Positions 61,983 through 64,000 of a stretch of 64,000 nucleotides of DNA are shown here, piece after piece. Below the pieces are notes generated by a model, which saw nothing but the letters and a program-made list of their open reading frames with translations, was not told where the DNA came from and ran no database searches. The stretch covers positions 3,654-67,653 of the forward strand of contig CAZFJE010000001.1 in the NCBI GenBank assembly GCA_964519555.1, written 5' to 3'. The DNA comes from an uncultured Thermoleophilia bacterium. Lineage in GTDB: Bacteria > Actinomycetota > Thermoleophilia > UBA2241. How positions within the stretch are numbered: the stretch's first letter is position 1; each line of letters opens with the position of its first letter. The position numbers were made by a program, and so were the translations under genes.

Positions 61983-63205
61983 GCGAGCGCATCGAGGAAC
62001 ACCGGGACACGCTCAGCGCCGTGCTGCGCACGGCACAGTACCTGGCCATGCTGCGCAGCGACGCCGACGTCTGGAGCGAGCTCGGCCGGGTGATGGTGCG
62101 ATTCTTCGCGGCCGACCTGGTGGCCCTGGTCGAACGCCGTCCCGACGGTACGATCGTCTCACGCTACTGCACGCTGCCGGCGCCCAACGCCTGCGCCGCG
62201 CTTGCCGACCAGGTCCAGGGGACCGTTGTCCAGGTGCTCGACAGCGGTTTTCTGGCGAGCGAGCTGGTCGCCCTGCCCGACGGCGACTATGCCCTCGCCG
62301 TGCTGCCGCTGGCCGGCGAGCGCCAGACGGCCGCGGCACTGCTGGTCGGGCACCTGGCGAGCAGCCCTCTCCCCCAGCCGCTGCTCGACCTCTACCTGGC
62401 GGTCTCAGGCCTCTTCGCCAGCACCATGGCTCGGGTCGTCTCGGAACGCGCGGCGCTCGAAAACGCGCAGCGTTTCGAAGAGCAGCGCCGCATAGCGGTC
62501 GCCCTTCAGGAGAACTTCCTGAGCCCCCTGCCGCACATCGTGGGGCTCGACCTGGGCCTGGTCATGCAGACCGCCTACGCGCCCGAACAGGTGGGCGGCG
62601 ACTTCAGCGATGTCTTCAGCCTCGACGGCGCGCTGGTCGCCGTGCTGATCGGCGACGTGGCCGGCAAGGGCATCCGCGCCGCCGGCCTGACAGAACGGGT
62701 GCGCAGCGTGGTGCGGGCGTTCTCGACGGTCGACTCCTCCCCGGCGTTCATCTTGCGCAAGACCAACCAGCTCCTCCTGCGCCGCCAGACCGAGGGCGAG
62801 TTCGTCACGGCGTTCCTGCTCGTGCTCGACCGCGAGACCGGACGGGCCACCTATGCGAGCGCCGGCCACCCGCCCCCGGTGCTGGTCGCCCGCACGGAAT
62901 GCCGGTTGCTCGAAGTCTCGTTCGGCCTGCCGCTCGGCGCCTTCAGCAACGACTACCTCGACGCGCACGTCACGCTCGCCGGCGGCGATTGCCTCGTCTT
63001 TTACACCGACGGCGTCACCGAAGCGCGGCGCGCCGGCGAACTGTTCGGCGAACAGCGCCTGCTCGAAGCCGTCTCGAGGCTGCGCTCATGCTCCCCTCAA
63101 AGGCTCGCCGAAGTCCTGCGCGACGAGGCGGCCGCCTTCGCCGGCCGCCTGGGCGACGACATCGAGGTCCTGGCCATGCGGCTCACCCCCACGGCGTACG
63201 GTTAG
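61979..63205 (+). CDS. SpoIIE/RsbU-type PP2C serine phosphatase with an N-terminal sensor-like domain
   Basis: PP2C motifs are VGGDFSDVF, IGDVAGKGIRAA, YASAGHPPP and FYTDGVTEAR. The start GTG 61979 overlaps the methyltransferase stop (GTGA). Confidence 0.85.
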   Translation: MSERIEEHRDTLSAVLRTAQYLAMLRSDADVWSELGRVMVRFFAADLVALVERRPDGTIVSRYCTLPAPNACAALADQVQGTVVQVLDSGFLASELVALPDGDYALAVLPLAGERQTAAALLVGHLASSPLPQPLLDLYLAVSGLFASTMARVVSERAALENAQRFEEQRRIAVALQENFLSPLPHIVGLDLGLVMQTAYAPEQVGGDFSDVFSLDGALVAVLIGDVAGKGIRAAGLTERVRSVVRAFSTVDSSPAFILRKTNQLLLRRQTEGEFVTAFLLVLDRETGRATYASAGHPPPVLVARTECRLLEVSFGLPLGAFSNDYLDAHVTLAGGDCLVFYTDGVTEARRAGELFGEQRLLEAVSRLRSCSPQRLAEVLRDEAAAFAGRLGDDIEVLAMRLTPTAYG

Positions 63206-63384
63206 AGCCTGGACCCGGGGGCCACGCCGGCCGGGTCGACGGCCCTCGGTGTGCTTGTGGCACCGCGCGCGTGCGCGGCGCGCTACACTGGCCGGGAACA
63301 GACCACCAGAGGCAAGCTCTAGGCCGCCCGCGGCCACCCTACCTCGCACCTGTCGACACTGCGACGATCGAGGAGGGCCCTTTC

Positions 63385-64000
63385 ATGGATCCCCTGGCAA
63401 TCTACGCGGCGGCGCGCGGCGGCGGCCTGCGGCCGGCGCTGCTCGAGTCGCTCGGGCCGCCGACCGCCTTTGCGCGGCGCACCCTGCTGGCCGCGGCCCC
63501 GCGGCGGCGACTCGAGGTCTGGGACGGACTGCTCTACGAAGACGGCGCCGCCATCGGCGCGGCCGACGACCTGCTCGCCCAGCTCGAGACGGGCCTCACG
63601 CCCGGGCGCGACTTTCCCGTCTGGATCGGCTTCTTCAGCTACGAGTTCGCCGCGCGTCTGGGGCTGCCGACGGGTACCGCCATGCCCGGCTTGCCCGAGG
63701 CGGCCTTCTGTCTGTACGACGACGGCTGGCTGTGGCGCGACGGCCGTTTGGTCAGCGAACCGCCGGGGCCCACGGAGCGCCGCACGGTCGCCGACGCCGA
63801 GCCGCCGGCGACGGTCCCCCTTGCAGGCCTCGCGGCCGCGGCCGCGGCGCCGCTCGCCGCGCTGCCCCACATCGCCACACGCAGCGACTACGCCCGCACC
63901 GACTACCTCGCCGGCGTGCGCGCCGTCCAGGAGCGCATCAGGGCCGGCTGGGTCTACCAGGTCAACCTCTCGCACCGCTTCAGCTTTGCCGCCGGCGACC
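63385..64000 (+). CDS. pabB: Aminodeoxychorismate synthase component I-like (chorismate-binding enzyme), 3'-truncated by the window edge
   Basis: The frame is open from ATG 63385 (GAGGAGGG 7 nt upstream) to the window end. WIGFFSYEF and GWVYQVNLSHRF resemble PabB. Assignment within the TrpE/PabB/MenF family is tentative. Confidence 0.65.
   Translation, partial: MDPLAIYAAARGGGLRPALLESLGPPTAFARRTLLAAAPRRRLEVWDGLLYEDGAAIGAADDLLAQLETGLTPGRDFPVWIGFFSYEFAARLGLPTGTAMPGLPEAAFCLYDDGWLWRDGRLVSEPPGPTERRTVADAEPPATVPLAGLAAAAAAPLAALPHIATRSDYARTDYLAGVRAVQERIRAGWVYQVNLSHRFSFAAGD

Noticed and set aside
1-64000. tRNA, rRNA, transposase, integrase, phage or toxin-antitoxin genes.
   Set aside because: No T-loop-like GGTTCGAATCC sequences were seen in intergenic regions. 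No DDE or tyrosine-recombinase motifs appear in any credible ORF. The low-GC patches are short promoter-sized islands rather than inserted elements.

Overview
High-GC (roughly 70% by eye) bacterial chromosomal segment. Gene content and GGAGG-type ribosome-binding sites suggest an Actinomycetota-like organism, but the taxon is inference only. I support about 50 protein-coding genes. By eye I found no rRNA, tRNA, CRISPR array, transposase or integrase. In window order the content is: (1) a MoxR/DUF58/DUF4129 operon convergent with a transglutaminase gene; (2) c-di-GMP signalling genes, namely a GAF-GGDEF protein and a 1791-aa membrane/PAS/GAF/HD-GYP/GGDEF/HD-GYP protein; (3) a peptidase-permease-peptidase operon divergent from a PAS-LuxR regulator; (4) a DUF2064::radical-SAM/SPASM fusion gene divergent from a GT2 transferase, with three 32-bp-phased direct repeats between them; (5) an L,D-transpeptidase and an OmpR/HK pair; (6) a flavin reductase / TM1266-like regulator / HydG cassette with no other hydrogenase genes in the window; (7) mltG and a secreted three-repeat protein; (8) a DUF2284 / AAA+ / VWA operon; (9) a roughly 10-kb glycan-assembly cluster with four GT2 genes, an 805-aa polytopic protein carrying a classical C2H2 zinc finger, a Wzx-like flippase and a GT14, followed by a secreted GH16; (10) an orphan BlaI-family repressor; (11) a three-subunit molybdenum hydroxylase; (12) a translationally coupled corrinoid protein / MtaA-like methyltransferase / SpoIIE phosphatase operon; (13) the 5' end of pabB. 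The best candidates for undescribed biology are the rSAM fusion cassette with its phased repeats, the zinc-finger membrane protein in the glycan cluster, and the corrinoid-methyltransferase-phosphatase operon. All family assignments come from motif recognition by eye and from memory. None has been confirmed by a search.
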